Shown here in pieces: positions 17,553-27,776 of a DNA stretch of 52,461 bases. The stretch spans positions 1-52,461 of the IMG/VR virus record IMGVR_UViG_3300008261_000093; one strand, written 5' to 3'. A program made the translations under genes and the position numbers. The notes under the pieces were generated by a model. The model saw only the letters and a program-made list of their open reading frames with translations, ran no database searches and was not told the origin of the DNA. Source of the stretch: a virus. Its lineage: Duplodnaviria > Caudoviricetes. The stretch's first letter is position 1; each line of letters opens with the position of its first letter.

Positions 17553-19374
17553 GACTTATTACGACAAAGAATATAGCCTTAAGAAATTAACCACCGAAGC
17601 TTATATAAGAGACGATCGGTTTGAGGTTATCGGTGTCGCAGTTAAAGTTGATGACTACCCCACGGATTGGTTTAGTGGGTCTATGGAAGAAACAAAAAAG
17701 TGGCTCAGTGCTTTAAACTGGAAAGACTACTATTTGCTATGCCATCACACGGCATTTGACGGGGCGATTCTTAACTGGCATTTTGGTATTAAACCAAAGT
17801 TCTATTTAGATACCTTGTCCATGTCAAGGCCGATTACTGGATTGTCAGTTGGTGGCTCCCTGGCAGCGCTAGCTAAGTTCTACAACATCGGGCAAAAAGG
17901 TACAGAAGTTATTGATGCACTTGGCAAGAGGCGCGCGGACTTCTCCGAGTTAGATCTTTTACAGTACGGTGTTTACTGCAAAAACGATACGGAACTTACA
18001 TACAAGCTATTTAACCTTCTCAAGGCTGACATCCCCCGCAAAGAGCTTTATGTTATTGATTTGATGCTTAGGATGTTTACTGACCCCGTATTGGAGCTTA
18101 GTACGGAAAGCCTAGAACTACATCTTGCTGCAGTGCAAAAGAAAAAAGACGTGCTTATGCAGAGAATCGACCAGTCAATTGGGCGAGACGCACTTATGTC
18201 AAATCCAAAGTTTGCAGAGGTGTTAAAGAAACTGGGTGTAGAGCCGCCCACAAAGGTTAGTTTACGCACAGGAAAGGAAGCATATGCGTTCGGTAAGACA
18301 GACACGGCGTTCAAAGCGCTTCTCGATCACGACGACGAAAGAGTTCAAGCTGTTGTGTCGGCACGGCTTGGAATCAAGAGTACTTTGGAAGAAACTAGAA
18401 CGGCTTCGTTTATCGGAATCTCGCAAAGGGGTGCGCTCCCAATCATGCTTAATTACTATGGGGCACACACTGGTCGTGCTTCAGGCGGAGACAAGATCAA
18501 TCTACAAAATCTACCACGGGGAGGTGAATTACGTAAAAGTATTAGAGCACCCAAGGGGCACTTACTTGTTGCATCAGATTCAGCGCAGATTGAGGCCAGG
18601 GTGGTTGCATGGTTGGCGGGCGAGACAGACCTTGTCCAAGACTTTAAACAGAACGTAGATATTTATTCTAAATTTGCATCGGAGGTATATGGTTACGCTA
18701 TTAAAAAGGAAACGCATCCAACAGAAAGATTCGTCGGTAAAACCTGCATTTTGGGTCTCGGCTATGGCATGGGTGCGGACAAATTTAAGGGCACTCTTAA
18801 AATAGGTATGGCTGGTATGTCTGTAGACATCCCGTTATCTGAGGCTCAGCGTGTGGTTAAGTTGTATCGGGGTATGTATCCGTACATCGAAAAGCTATGG
18901 AAGCAGGGGCAAGAAGCACTAGAAGCCATGATTGCAGGGCACGAGTATGACCTTGGAGTGGCTGTAAAACTTAAGTGTAAAGACAATAAAATATACCTAC
19001 CCAATGATATGTTTGTCAGCTACCCTAATCTGCGTAAGGCGGGTAATGAGTTCTTATATGATTCACGATACGGTCCAAATAAGATATATGGCGGTAAAGT
19101 TATAGAGAACGTAGTACAAGCACTAGCCCGTATTGTAGTGTTTGATCAGATGGCTAAGATTGACCAAGAGTTTAGGAAGTTAGATACCAAAGCCCGCCGT
19201 CATAAAGTTTGCTTAACTGTACATGACGAGATCGTGGCAGTTGTTCCTGAGGATTATGTAGAAGAAGCTCTACATTTTATGGGCGCAATGATGCTACAAA
19301 CTCCATCGTGGTGTTCTGATTTACCAGTATCTTTTGAGGCTGATTCAGGCGGAAGTTATGGGGATTGCAAATAA
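17524..19374 (+). CDS. polA: Family A DNA polymerase with 3'-5' exonuclease domain
   Basis: ExoI DFETY; motif A DSAQIEAR; motif B RFVGKTCILGLGYG; motif C TVHDE. Confidence 0.95.
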   Translation: MSRIVTLDFETYYDKEYSLKKLTTEAYIRDDRFEVIGVAVKVDDYPTDWFSGSMEETKKWLSALNWKDYYLLCHHTAFDGAILNWHFGIKPKFYLDTLSMSRPITGLSVGGSLAALAKFYNIGQKGTEVIDALGKRRADFSELDLLQYGVYCKNDTELTYKLFNLLKADIPRKELYVIDLMLRMFTDPVLELSTESLELHLAAVQKKKDVLMQRIDQSIGRDALMSNPKFAEVLKKLGVEPPTKVSLRTGKEAYAFGKTDTAFKALLDHDDERVQAVVSARLGIKSTLEETRTASFIGISQRGALPIMLNYYGAHTGRASGGDKINLQNLPRGGELRKSIRAPKGHLLVASDSAQIEARVVAWLAGETDLVQDFKQNVDIYSKFASEVYGYAIKKETHPTERFVGKTCILGLGYGMGADKFKGTLKIGMAGMSVDIPLSEAQRVVKLYRGMYPYIEKLWKQGQEALEAMIAGHEYDLGVAVKLKCKDNKIYLPNDMFVSYPNLRKAGNEFLYDSRYGPNKIYGGKVIENVVQALARIVVFDQMAKIDQEFRKLDTKARRHKVCLTVHDEIVAVVPEDYVEEALHFMGAMMLQTPSWCSDLPVSFEADSGGSYGDCK

Positions 19375-19440
19375 TATAAATAGGAGTAATATAGACACAC
19401 CACAAAAAGGCAATTTGTGGCAATACTCATTGGAGAAAAT

Positions 19441-20094
19441 ATGGCACTTCCATCAGCTTGGACATTCTCAAGCTTAGAAAAGTTTGAGACTTGCCCCCGA
19501 CAGTTCTACCATGTCAGGGTTAAACGGGATATAAAAGAGCCCCCAACCGAAGCAACTAAATGGGGCGAGCGTGTACATCAGGCATTAGAACTTAGAGTCA
19601 CGCAAGGGTTTAAGTTACCCGAAGGCATGGAGCAGTGGGAAGGATTAGCTGCTAAGTTATCTGAAGTACCTGGAAAGAAGCTAGCTGAGCATAAGTTAGC
19701 CGTAAATGACAGTTTTGAAGCCTGCGAGTGGACTGAGGCATGGAGCCGTGGTATTGCAGACTTGATAATTGTTGCAGGTAAGAAAGCTATTAACTTGGAC
19801 TATAAAACAGGAAAGAGGAAACCAACGGAGCAGTTAGCGTTGTATGCGGGTTATACATTCGCCCATTTTCCTGAAGTAGAAGAAGTTGAGACTGGGTTTG
19901 TTTGGCTCAAAGATAAAAAGATTGACAAAGAAAAATTTACTAGAGAAGATATACCCAAGATATGGCAGGAGTTTTTACCAAGGGTGATAAAATTAGAGTC
20001 AGCTTACGAGCGGGATTCTTGGCCTTGCAAGCCGTCAGGTTTATGTAAAGGCTGGTGTCCAGTAAAAACTTGTGACTATTACAAGGACAAGTGA
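19441..20094 (+). CDS. PD-(D/E)XK exonuclease (Cas4/RecB-like)
   Basis: TCPRQFY, GIADL, LDYKTG, QLALY, C-terminal CKGWCPVKTC; GGAG SD before ATG 19441. Confidence 0.88.
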   Translation: MALPSAWTFSSLEKFETCPRQFYHVRVKRDIKEPPTEATKWGERVHQALELRVTQGFKLPEGMEQWEGLAAKLSEVPGKKLAEHKLAVNDSFEACEWTEAWSRGIADLIIVAGKKAINLDYKTGKRKPTEQLALYAGYTFAHFPEVEEVETGFVWLKDKKIDKEKFTREDIPKIWQEFLPRVIKLESAYERDSWPCKPSGLCKGWCPVKTCDYYKDK

Positions 20095-20434
20095 TACTAT
20101 GGCACAAACCCCCGAAGGTAAAGTTAAAGACGCAATTAAGAAAGTCTTAGATACACACGGGTTTTGGCGGGCGGGCACTGCTCAACCTGCCACCGTAAAA
20201 GGATGGTATTACATGCCAGTATCAAACGGTATGGGTGTACATGGTATACCTGATTTTGTTTGTTGCTGGGATGGAAAGTTCTTTTGCATTGAAGCAAAAG
20301 CCTCAGGAGGCACTACAACGGCAAATCAAGAAGCAAGGCACAATGAAATACGTGCGGCTAAAGGATGGGTGTTAGTTGTTGATAATAAAGAAGTATTAGA
20401 GGAGTTTTTAAAAAATGCCCGACATAGTAGATAA
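20072..20434 (+). CDS. VRR-NUC domain nuclease (possible Holliday junction resolvase)
   Basis: TPEGKVK, GIPDF, IEAKA, TANQ; true start probably MAQTPE. Confidence 0.85.
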   Translation: MTITRTSDTMAQTPEGKVKDAIKKVLDTHGFWRAGTAQPATVKGWYYMPVSNGMGVHGIPDFVCCWDGKFFCIEAKASGGTTTANQEARHNEIRAAKGWVLVVDNKEVLEEFLKNARHSR

Positions 20435-20612
20435 GGCGAATGATTTGGTGTCGCTCAGTGAAGAACTGGCTCTCAAAGAAATTCGTTCAATGAAACCCGA
20501 AGCCGTATTCACAGGTGAATGCCTGTTGTGCGGTGAAGATCTTGAGCCACCTAAAAGATGGTGCGATGCAGAACATCGTGACCGTTGGGAACTTGAAAGG
20601 AAGCGCAAATGA
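20415..20612 (+). CDS. Small zinc-finger protein (DksA/TraR-finger-like)
   Basis: MPDIVDKAND...CLLC...RWCDAEHRD; GAGGAG SD. Confidence 0.7.
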   Translation: MPDIVDKANDLVSLSEELALKEIRSMKPEAVFTGECLLCGEDLEPPKRWCDAEHRDRWELERKRK

Positions 20613-20872
20613 ATAAAGGCGGACCAGCAAAAGCAGCTTACGATAAAGCATACAATGCTAAGCCCGATCAATTAAAGAAAAGAGCCACTCGCAATGCTGC
20701 TCGTCGTGAATTAATGGCTGACGGCAAAGTTAGTAAAGGTGATGGTAAAGATGTAGACCACAAAAAGCCACTCAAAAACGGAGGCACAAACGCTAAAGGT
20801 AACTTAAAAGTTACTAGCCAAACTGCTAACCGTGGATGGAGAAAAGGCAAAAGTGGCTACTCGGTTGATTAG
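20609..20872 (+). CDS. HNH-motif small basic protein
   Basis: DVDHKKPLKNGGTN..NL....NR. Confidence 0.8.
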   Translation: MNKGGPAKAAYDKAYNAKPDQLKKRATRNAARRELMADGKVSKGDGKDVDHKKPLKNGGTNAKGNLKVTSQTANRGWRKGKSGYSVD

Positions 20873-21104
20873 AAGAATCAACACTACATATCTCGCCCGT
20901 ATATTGGGTGTTGATTGTGTAGAAGAAACGTATTACCTAGGAGAAGACGCAGTAAAGTATGTCTGCACCACAGAAGGTATTGAAGTATGTAGTATGAAGT
21001 TCAATGAAGATACACCATTAGAAGATCGCATAGCGGCAATGTTGGTGACTATAAGGATAGAACATGGCAACGATAGTGAAGGAAAAGGAGGCAGTACTCC
21101 TTAG
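20832..21104 (+). CDS. Hypothetical protein
   Basis: Fills the gap between the HNH and helicase genes. Confidence 0.55.
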   Translation: MDGEKAKVATRLIRRINTTYLARILGVDCVEETYYLGEDAVKYVCTTEGIEVCSMKFNEDTPLEDRIAAMLVTIRIEHGNDSEGKGGSTP

Positions 21105-22632
21105 GCTACGCAACCCCTCAAGGGTTACATCGGTCATTTCGACCGCTAAGAAAATACTGCATAAAGGTCAGGAACTTGTAGCAGTTCCACATAGACCTGA
21201 CGAGGCTCGCATACTTAAAATGCTGGGCTACGAAACACCCGACCCTATGAAGCTACATTACAAGTGGCCTCCTGCGGGTGGTAGACATAATCCTTTTGCA
21301 GCACAAATAGAGACAGCCAACTTCGTCACTATGCACAACAGATGTTTCATACTTAATAGTATGGGCACAGGTAAGACAGTTAGTTCTTTGTGGGCTTATG
21401 ACTATATGCGTAGTCGCAACCAAGTTAAAAAAGCATTAATTGTTTGTCCCTTAAGTACGATGGAGCGCACCTGGGCAGACGAAGTGTTTAAGACATTTCC
21501 CCATCTAGACGCTCAAGTATTGTATGGCAGTCGTGAACGCAGACGCAAACTTCTTAAAGAGGATGCCCATCTTTACATCATAAATACCGATGGCTTAAAG
21601 ACCATTGAGGAAGACCTTAAGAACCGCCCCGATATTGATTTATTAATTATTGACGAAGTTGCCATGTTTAGAAACGGTAGTACAAACCGTTGGAAGACCA
21701 TGAACACGATAGCCAATAAACAGTGCGCTCGACGTATATGGGCTTTAACAGGTATGCCAACCCCAAATGCCCCAACAGATTCATGGGCACAATGTAAGCT
21801 AGTTAACCCCAACAGCACAACCGTACCAAGTTACTTTACAAAGGCACGGGATGCCCTCATGCGTCAGATCAGCCCATTCAAGTGGGTGGCACGAGATAAC
21901 GCTAACGATATTGTCAAAGAATGGATGCAACCTGCCATTCGGTTTAGTCTTGATGACTGTACAGATTTACCTGAGCAAATTCATATGTCTAGGCAAGTCG
22001 AGATGTCTGACGAGCAGAAAAAAGCATACAAAGAAATGTTCGGTAAGTTAAAGACTGAGTTCGATGGCGGTGAAATCTTAGCCGTTAATGAAGCAGTTAA
22101 AGCTAACAAACTTGTACAGATTGCCTGTGGTGTGGCTTATACAAATGATGGATCGAGCATAGTGCTACCTTCTAATCAACGGCTTGAAGTTTTGCAAGAA
22201 GTCATTGAAGAATCAGAAGGCAAAGTCATTGTATTCGTTCCACTAACTGCCGTGCTTGAGCACGTGGCTGAATACTTAAGTCATCACTGGGAAGTAGCTA
22301 TTGTCCATGGAGAGACTTCTAAAAACGCTCGAGATGAGATATTTAGGGCATTTCAGCAGTCACCAAATCCACATGTGTTGGTAGCTAATCCTGGAACTAT
22401 GAGCCACGGGTTAACCCTAACGCAAGCTACAACAGTTGTATGGTACGCACCAGTCCATAGTAACGACACTTATGAGCAGGCATGTGCTCGAGTAAGAAGG
22501 CCGGGTCAAACCCGAACAACAGTAATTGTGCATGTTGCTGGGTCAGAGATTGAACGTAGGATTTACGAACGATTAAAGACCAAACAAAAAATGCAAGGTT
22601 TGCTCTTAGACATGATGAAAGAGGTAGGGTAA
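21064..22632 (+). CDS. SNF2-family helicase
   Basis: MGTGKT, IIDE, LTGMP, HGLTL, QACARVRRPGQ. Confidence 0.92.
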   Translation: MATIVKEKEAVLLRLRNPSRVTSVISTAKKILHKGQELVAVPHRPDEARILKMLGYETPDPMKLHYKWPPAGGRHNPFAAQIETANFVTMHNRCFILNSMGTGKTVSSLWAYDYMRSRNQVKKALIVCPLSTMERTWADEVFKTFPHLDAQVLYGSRERRRKLLKEDAHLYIINTDGLKTIEEDLKNRPDIDLLIIDEVAMFRNGSTNRWKTMNTIANKQCARRIWALTGMPTPNAPTDSWAQCKLVNPNSTTVPSYFTKARDALMRQISPFKWVARDNANDIVKEWMQPAIRFSLDDCTDLPEQIHMSRQVEMSDEQKKAYKEMFGKLKTEFDGGEILAVNEAVKANKLVQIACGVAYTNDGSSIVLPSNQRLEVLQEVIEESEGKVIVFVPLTAVLEHVAEYLSHHWEVAIVHGETSKNARDEIFRAFQQSPNPHVLVANPGTMSHGLTLTQATTVVWYAPVHSNDTYEQACARVRRPGQTRTTVIVHVAGSEIERRIYERLKTKQKMQGLLLDMMKEVG

Positions 22633-22687
22633 ATCCCTATATAACATACACACGTTTAGGAGTACAGTTGTAACTATAGGAGGTAGT

Positions 22688-23068
22688 ATGAAACTTAGTG
22701 ACTTAGTAGCAAAGTACATCGAACTTCGAGACAAGAAATATGAACTCAAGCACCAGTATGATTTTAAAGTATCGAAGATTGAAGAAGTACTAGATAAGAT
22801 AGAAGCAAAGCTCTTAGAGACATTTGACAGTGCTGGCATGGATTCTTGTAAAACAGAGTTCGGTACTGCATATGCTTCAACGAGAAGTACTGCTAGTGTG
22901 GCAGACCCCGAGACGTTTATGAATTACGTGGTCGAGAATCAAGAGTGGTCATTGCTTGAAAAGCGAGTTGCAAAACTTGCAGTAGAGCAATATAAAGCAG
23001 CAAATGGCGACATTCCTCCCGGTGTAAATTATCGTGAAGAACGTGTTGTCAATATTCGCAGATCGTAG
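22688..23068 (+). CDS. Conserved coiled-coil replication-module protein
   Basis: AGGAGG SD; KTEFGTAY, PPGVN motifs. Confidence 0.75.
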   Translation: MKLSDLVAKYIELRDKKYELKHQYDFKVSKIEEVLDKIEAKLLETFDSAGMDSCKTEFGTAYASTRSTASVADPETFMNYVVENQEWSLLEKRVAKLAVEQYKAANGDIPPGVNYREERVVNIRRS

Positions 23069-23092
23069 TAACCTAGTAACCCAACAGGAGAA

Positions 23093-24013
23093 ATGGCACT
23101 TATGACTAATATAGTCCCCTTTGAGTCGGGTAATTTACCCGCTTACATTAAAGCATCAAATGTTTCTGAATTAAATCAAGACCTTACATCCCACGCAAGT
23201 AATGGCTTCCCCATTATGAGCATTAAAGGTAAATTATTTACCGTAGTGCGGGGTGATGATCGTAAAGTTTTACCAAATCCCAAAGACCCCGATAGTCCTG
23301 CCACAGCAATTGACGTAATTATTGTCAAGGCAAACAAAGGAACATCAAAAGTGTTCTATGCTAGCGGGTACTCTGAGGGTGGTGAGGCTAAAAAGCCTGA
23401 CTGCTTCTCCAATCATGGAGACAAACCTGATCCAAGTTCTAAGTCACCTCAAGCCAAGTCTTGTGCAGTATGCCCACATAATCAGTGGGGTAGCAAGATC
23501 GGAGATAACGGTGGTAAGGGCAAGGCATGTCAGGATAGCGTGCGTATCGCTATATCATCCCCATCTTTGATTAACGACCCAATGCTACTACGTGTACCAC
23601 CCGCATCTATTCGCTCACTAGGCGAGTTAGGTCAGGCTTGCGCCAAGCGAGGTGTGTCGTACAATATGGTCGTTACGAAGATTGCTTTTGAACTTGAGTC
23701 ACCAACACCCAAGCTGACATTTAAGCCAATCGGTTTACTATCAGAAGAAGCGTTTACTCAAGTTGCACAAGTTGCAAGCAGTGATGTGGTTAAGAATATT
23801 CTTGGCCCTGGCTTTACAACTGAACCTGCCGAACCTGCTGAGAAAGCAATCGAGCAAGCAAAAGCAACAAGTAAGGCTGTATATCCAGCGATTACACCGA
23901 AAGAACCTGAAGCAGAACCTGTTGAGGCAAAACCTGCACCAAAGGCTAAAGCAAAGGTTGCTGAGGTTGATGTTAGTGGATTAAACCTAGACGACTTAAA
24001 CTTCGACGATTAA
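23093..24013 (+). CDS. Putative single-stranded DNA-binding / annealing protein
   Basis: PDCFS, CAVCP..WGS, GKAC motifs; acidic aromatic C-terminus LDDLNFDD. Confidence 0.7.
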   Translation: MALMTNIVPFESGNLPAYIKASNVSELNQDLTSHASNGFPIMSIKGKLFTVVRGDDRKVLPNPKDPDSPATAIDVIIVKANKGTSKVFYASGYSEGGEAKKPDCFSNHGDKPDPSSKSPQAKSCAVCPHNQWGSKIGDNGGKGKACQDSVRIAISSPSLINDPMLLRVPPASIRSLGELGQACAKRGVSYNMVVTKIAFELESPTPKLTFKPIGLLSEEAFTQVAQVASSDVVKNILGPGFTTEPAEPAEKAIEQAKATSKAVYPAITPKEPEAEPVEAKPAPKAKAKVAEVDVSGLNLDDLNFDD

Positions 24014-24031
24014 TTGTTGCATAGACCTATT

Positions 24032-24139
24032 GCAGATGGGTGGGGCGCAGCAGCCCCTAATGTCCTCCCTCCCTTCACGGGAACTAGCCTTAACGTCAAA
24101 GGTAATCTGCTGAAGACGTGACATTCGGGAGAGACCGAA
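24032..24139 (+). ncRNA. Candidate compact structured RNA with pseudoknot potential
   Basis: GCAGAT/ATCTGC closes three hairpins; loop ACGTC complementary to downstream GACGT; final TTCGG-GAGAGA-CCGAA hairpin. Confidence 0.5.
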
Positions 24140-24157
24140 ACTATATAGGAGCTATAA

Positions 24158-24412
24158 ATGAATGTACAAATAGAACAGAGAAAAGTAGCAGGCGTTGTTA
24201 TCGAAGCAAGTCGCATATTGGCAGATAAAGGATTTAATCGTGGAGAGATCCTCCTAGGTTTATCAGAATTAATTGGCAGATTAATTGTTGATTCAGTTGA
24301 GAACACAATTCAAGCAGAAGAATTAACAAAGGTTGTCGGCCAGCATATTAGCAGGACAATCGAAATCGGAGTTCAAGCAACCCAAACTCGCATCGCAACT
24401 CCAGGAGGTTAA
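24158..24412 (+). CDS. Hypothetical protein
   Basis: AGGAG SD. Confidence 0.75.
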   Translation: MNVQIEQRKVAGVVIEASRILADKGFNRGEILLGLSELIGRLIVDSVENTIQAEELTKVVGQHISRTIEIGVQATQTRIATPGG

Positions 24413-27352
24413 ATGAGCACCCTTGAGTTTTTCAAGGCGATATTACCCGCCGAAGGAACTTATTTCCTCGCAATATTTAAACCGGGTAGTAAAGCACCAG
24501 CACACAAGGCTTTTACAAGTCTTGAGGATATGGCTCATGCCGTGGCTGAGATCGAACAGAAAAACCCAACATGGACTACCTATCATGCATGCTCTTCATA
24601 TAAAGACAAGTCTGTTGATGTAGGTGGTAAAAAGAAATATAGGGTGTCTGAAAACTGGGACAAAGCCAAAGCATTTTGGTGTGACATTGACTGCGGGCAA
24701 GACAAAGCAGACGAAGGTAAAGGGTATGCCACAAAAAGGTTAGCCGCTGAAGCACTCGTAGGTTTTTGCAAACAGACAGGGTTTCCTGCACCGATGTTTG
24801 TGGACTCTGGTAACGGAGTTCATTGTTATTGGCCACTTACTAAAGCAATCCCATCAGCCACATGGCAGAGAATGGCTTTTGCAATCAAAGCGCTGTTTGA
24901 CCACCATGGTCTTTTAGTCGATCCATCTCGTACCGCAGACTTTGCATCTATTCTTAGACCAGTTGGTTCTTTCCATAAAAAGGGCGAGCCAAAAGAAGTC
25001 GTGTGCAAAAAGACAACTGACTTAATTGATCCTAGTGAATTTGCCGAAAAGATTAAAAGTCTTGTGCAAGACATTAAAGTAGAAAAGCCAGTCCAAAAAT
25101 TTGACGCAGACAACGACGATCTACTTGCACATGCTCCAGTAAGTATGCCCACATCAGCGATTGAGATTGCTAAGAAATGTAATCAGGTTGCCGAGATGCG
25201 GGATATGCGTGGCGATGTTAGCTACGAGCAGTGGAGAGGTGTAATTGGAATTATCAAGCACTGTACCGAAGGTTCAGAATTAGCCCATGAATGGAGCGCG
25301 GGTCATCCAAACTATACGTATGAGGACACACAATACAAGTTTGATTCTTGGAATACCCCGCCTTCTACATGTGAGTTTTTCTCTAAATGCAATCCAAAAG
25401 GTTGCGAAGGGTGCTCACACAAAGGCAAGATTACTACCCCGATGGTATTGGGTCGAGTTGTTGAGCAACAGAAAGAATTAGTTGTAGAAGCCCAAGTCGA
25501 TGGTAAAACCATGGAGTTTCAGATTCCTGAGTTCCCAAAAGACTATAAATATGAGAATGGTCAGATGGTTCGTTACATGCAAGATAAAGATGATATTTGG
25601 CATGCTTTCCCATTTGCTCCTAATTTATTCTATCCTGTCCATCGAGTGAAAAAAGAAGATGATACTTTCAGCCTTAGACTTAGGTTACATTTGCCTGATA
25701 ATAGAACTCGTGAATTTACTATTGATACTAATCTACTGGCTTCAACTCAGAAGTTACTAGATGGGTTAGGCGAATATGAACTTTTCCCATTGACAACAAA
25801 AGATGCACCTAATCATATGACTGCATATCTAAGACACTATTTAGAAAAGCTGAAAGGCGAAGCTGAAGAACTAAACACCATGACCAACTTTGGTTGGCGA
25901 GAGGATCTTCAGTCATTCTTAATTGGTGATCGTTTATATCATCGAGATGGAACAATCCGTAAAGTTCTTATCGGTGGCTATGCTAAAGATAAAGAGTCTT
26001 CGTTCCCACCACCACGGGGTACTACAAACGGCTACGCAAAAGCATTGAACTTTTTGTACAACAAACCAGGGCTTGAGTATCGGCAGTATGCGATTGCTTC
26101 GGGGTTTGGTTCTATCCTGACACCATTTGGGGATTCGTTGTACAAAGGTTTACTGTTTGCTTTGACTGGTGCAAATACATCAAAAGGTAAGACCACCTTA
26201 TGTAGAGCAGTTCTGTATGCGTTTGGTAACGCAGATAAGATGACCATTAAAACCGACAAAGGTGCTACATTAAACGCACGTAATGCTCGGATGGGTACAT
26301 ACAACAACATCCCATTCTTGTTTGACGAACTTACCCATATTGATGCTGAAGAGTTTTCCCAGCTTGCCTACACCGTATCATTAGGCGAAGAAAAAGACCG
26401 CTTGACTGTTAGCCGTGGTAATAACGGAACTCGTATGGCTACTTCAGGTAGTTGGGCTATGTGTCCTTTTGTAACAGCAAATACAGATTTACATTCAATC
26501 CTTGCCACGAGGGGTGACACCCAAGCAGAAGCAGTTCGTTTAATTCAGATTCGTATGGATCAGTATCAGATGAGCGACCTAAAAGGAAGCGAAGTCACTG
26601 CCGCCATGAAACAGATTGAACTAAATATGGGAGCTGCGGGCGAAGAGTTTGTAAAGTATGTCGTAACTCATATCGAAGATGTCCTTGAACTTATGGCGAA
26701 GTGGGGCAAGCGTATTGAGAAAGACATTCCTGATCTTAAGTATCGTCTGTATAGAGCTCATGCAGTTTGCTCAATGACTGCGATGGAGATTACAAATAAG
26801 TTAAATATTACTGAATTTAATTTAGAAAGACTATACGAATTTGCAATGGGTCTATTCCATGATTTAGCAGAGATTGTTAATGAGCGGAATACGATTACTC
26901 CTGAAGAAGGCTTGAACCGTATGGTTACAGACTTATCTCCTCGGGTTATTACGACAGTTGAATATCGTGATGCACGTGACGGTCGGGGCCCGGAAGACAT
27001 CAGGTACAGTAGTAGTCATGCTCCAGTTGGTCGGTATATTACAGGCAACTCCAATACCAAAGACAATCCATTAGCTGGCAAGTTGTTCTTATGTCGTAAA
27101 GAAGTTCTTGACTGGTGTGATCTCCAGCGGGTAGACTTTAAAAACATGATGTCATATGCACATCAAGCTGGCTTTGTAGTTGAATGGAAAGAGAAGTTTA
27201 CGATTGGTAGAGGTACTAAGGTAGCTACAGGAAACACACGTTGTATAGTTCTTGATTACGAAAAGATGCAATCAGGTAGCTCATCAGTACCAAAATTAAC
27301 CGTACACACGCTAAAACCTGTACAGTCTAATGACACAGCTGTAAATAATTAG
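24413..27352 (+). CDS. Primase-helicase (AEP/RepB-like primase, DUF927-like region, P-loop helicase)
   Basis: WCDIDC, SGNGVHCYW, ILRPVGS; zinc-like CPKGCEGC; NFGW; Walker A TGANTSKGKT; LFDE. Confidence 0.88.
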   Translation: MSTLEFFKAILPAEGTYFLAIFKPGSKAPAHKAFTSLEDMAHAVAEIEQKNPTWTTYHACSSYKDKSVDVGGKKKYRVSENWDKAKAFWCDIDCGQDKADEGKGYATKRLAAEALVGFCKQTGFPAPMFVDSGNGVHCYWPLTKAIPSATWQRMAFAIKALFDHHGLLVDPSRTADFASILRPVGSFHKKGEPKEVVCKKTTDLIDPSEFAEKIKSLVQDIKVEKPVQKFDADNDDLLAHAPVSMPTSAIEIAKKCNQVAEMRDMRGDVSYEQWRGVIGIIKHCTEGSELAHEWSAGHPNYTYEDTQYKFDSWNTPPSTCEFFSKCNPKGCEGCSHKGKITTPMVLGRVVEQQKELVVEAQVDGKTMEFQIPEFPKDYKYENGQMVRYMQDKDDIWHAFPFAPNLFYPVHRVKKEDDTFSLRLRLHLPDNRTREFTIDTNLLASTQKLLDGLGEYELFPLTTKDAPNHMTAYLRHYLEKLKGEAEELNTMTNFGWREDLQSFLIGDRLYHRDGTIRKVLIGGYAKDKESSFPPPRGTTNGYAKALNFLYNKPGLEYRQYAIASGFGSILTPFGDSLYKGLLFALTGANTSKGKTTLCRAVLYAFGNADKMTIKTDKGATLNARNARMGTYNNIPFLFDELTHIDAEEFSQLAYTVSLGEEKDRLTVSRGNNGTRMATSGSWAMCPFVTANTDLHSILATRGDTQAEAVRLIQIRMDQYQMSDLKGSEVTAAMKQIELNMGAAGEEFVKYVVTHIEDVLELMAKWGKRIEKDIPDLKYRLYRAHAVCSMTAMEITNKLNITEFNLERLYEFAMGLFHDLAEIVNERNTITPEEGLNRMVTDLSPRVITTVEYRDARDGRGPEDIRYSSSHAPVGRYITGNSNTKDNPLAGKLFLCRKEVLDWCDLQRVDFKNMMSYAHQAGFVVEWKEKFTIGRGTKVATGNTRCIVLDYEKMQSGSSSVPKLTVHTLKPVQSNDTAVNN

Positions 27353-27404
27353 GTTACTATGTAGGGGCTAACACTGCCATGTTAGTCTCCTGTGGTAAAA
27401 CTTA

Positions 27405-27429
27405 ACCCCCGCTTCGGCGGGGGTCTTTT
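27405..27429. terminator. Intrinsic terminator at convergence of the two arms
   Basis: ACCCCCGC-TTCG-GCGGGGGT followed by CTTTT; a second hairpin at ~27363-27391. Confidence 0.8.
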
Positions 27430-27431
27430 CA

Positions 27432-27554
27432 TTAATACTCGATATATATTCGAAGTATCCCTAGGTCAAATACGACAAACCTTTCCAGGTCTTCAGTCTC
27501 GACCATCTCAAATCCAAACATTACACCCTTAATCAAGTACAGATTAATAGACAT
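27432..27554 (-). CDS. Hypothetical 40-aa protein (not in ORF track)
   Basis: AAGGA SD; MSINLYLIKGVMFGFEMVETEDLERFVVFDLGILRIYIEY. Confidence 0.65.
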   Translation of the reverse strand: MSINLYLIKGVMFGFEMVETEDLERFVVFDLGILRIYIEY

Positions 27555-27564
27555 ATATTTTCCT

Positions 27565-27768
27565 TTAAAGGGTTTCTGCTGTTTCAAAAGCTAATAGCTT
27601 AGCTCGTAATCTTTCAATTTCAGCATCACGTTCTTCTAGCTTTTTAATTAAGCTAGCGTTCATGTTTGCCCACATCTGCAGTCCTTCTAATCGTTCCATA
27701 TGGTCATCAAACATCATCTTGAACATACGATCTGAGGCTTCCATTTGTTTTTCAATAAAGTCAATCAT
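27565..27768 (-). CDS. Small coiled-coil protein
   Basis: AGGAGG SD. Confidence 0.75.
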   Translation of the reverse strand: MIDFIEKQMEASDRMFKMMFDDHMERLEGLQMWANMNASLIKKLEERDAEIERLRAKLLAFETAETL

Positions 27769-27776
27769 ATTACCTC

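Noticed and set aside
24110-24141. Hammerhead ribozyme (CTGAAGA...GAAA)
   Set aside because: Stem II would close with a C-C mismatch, and no NUH cleavage triplet or stem III could be built.
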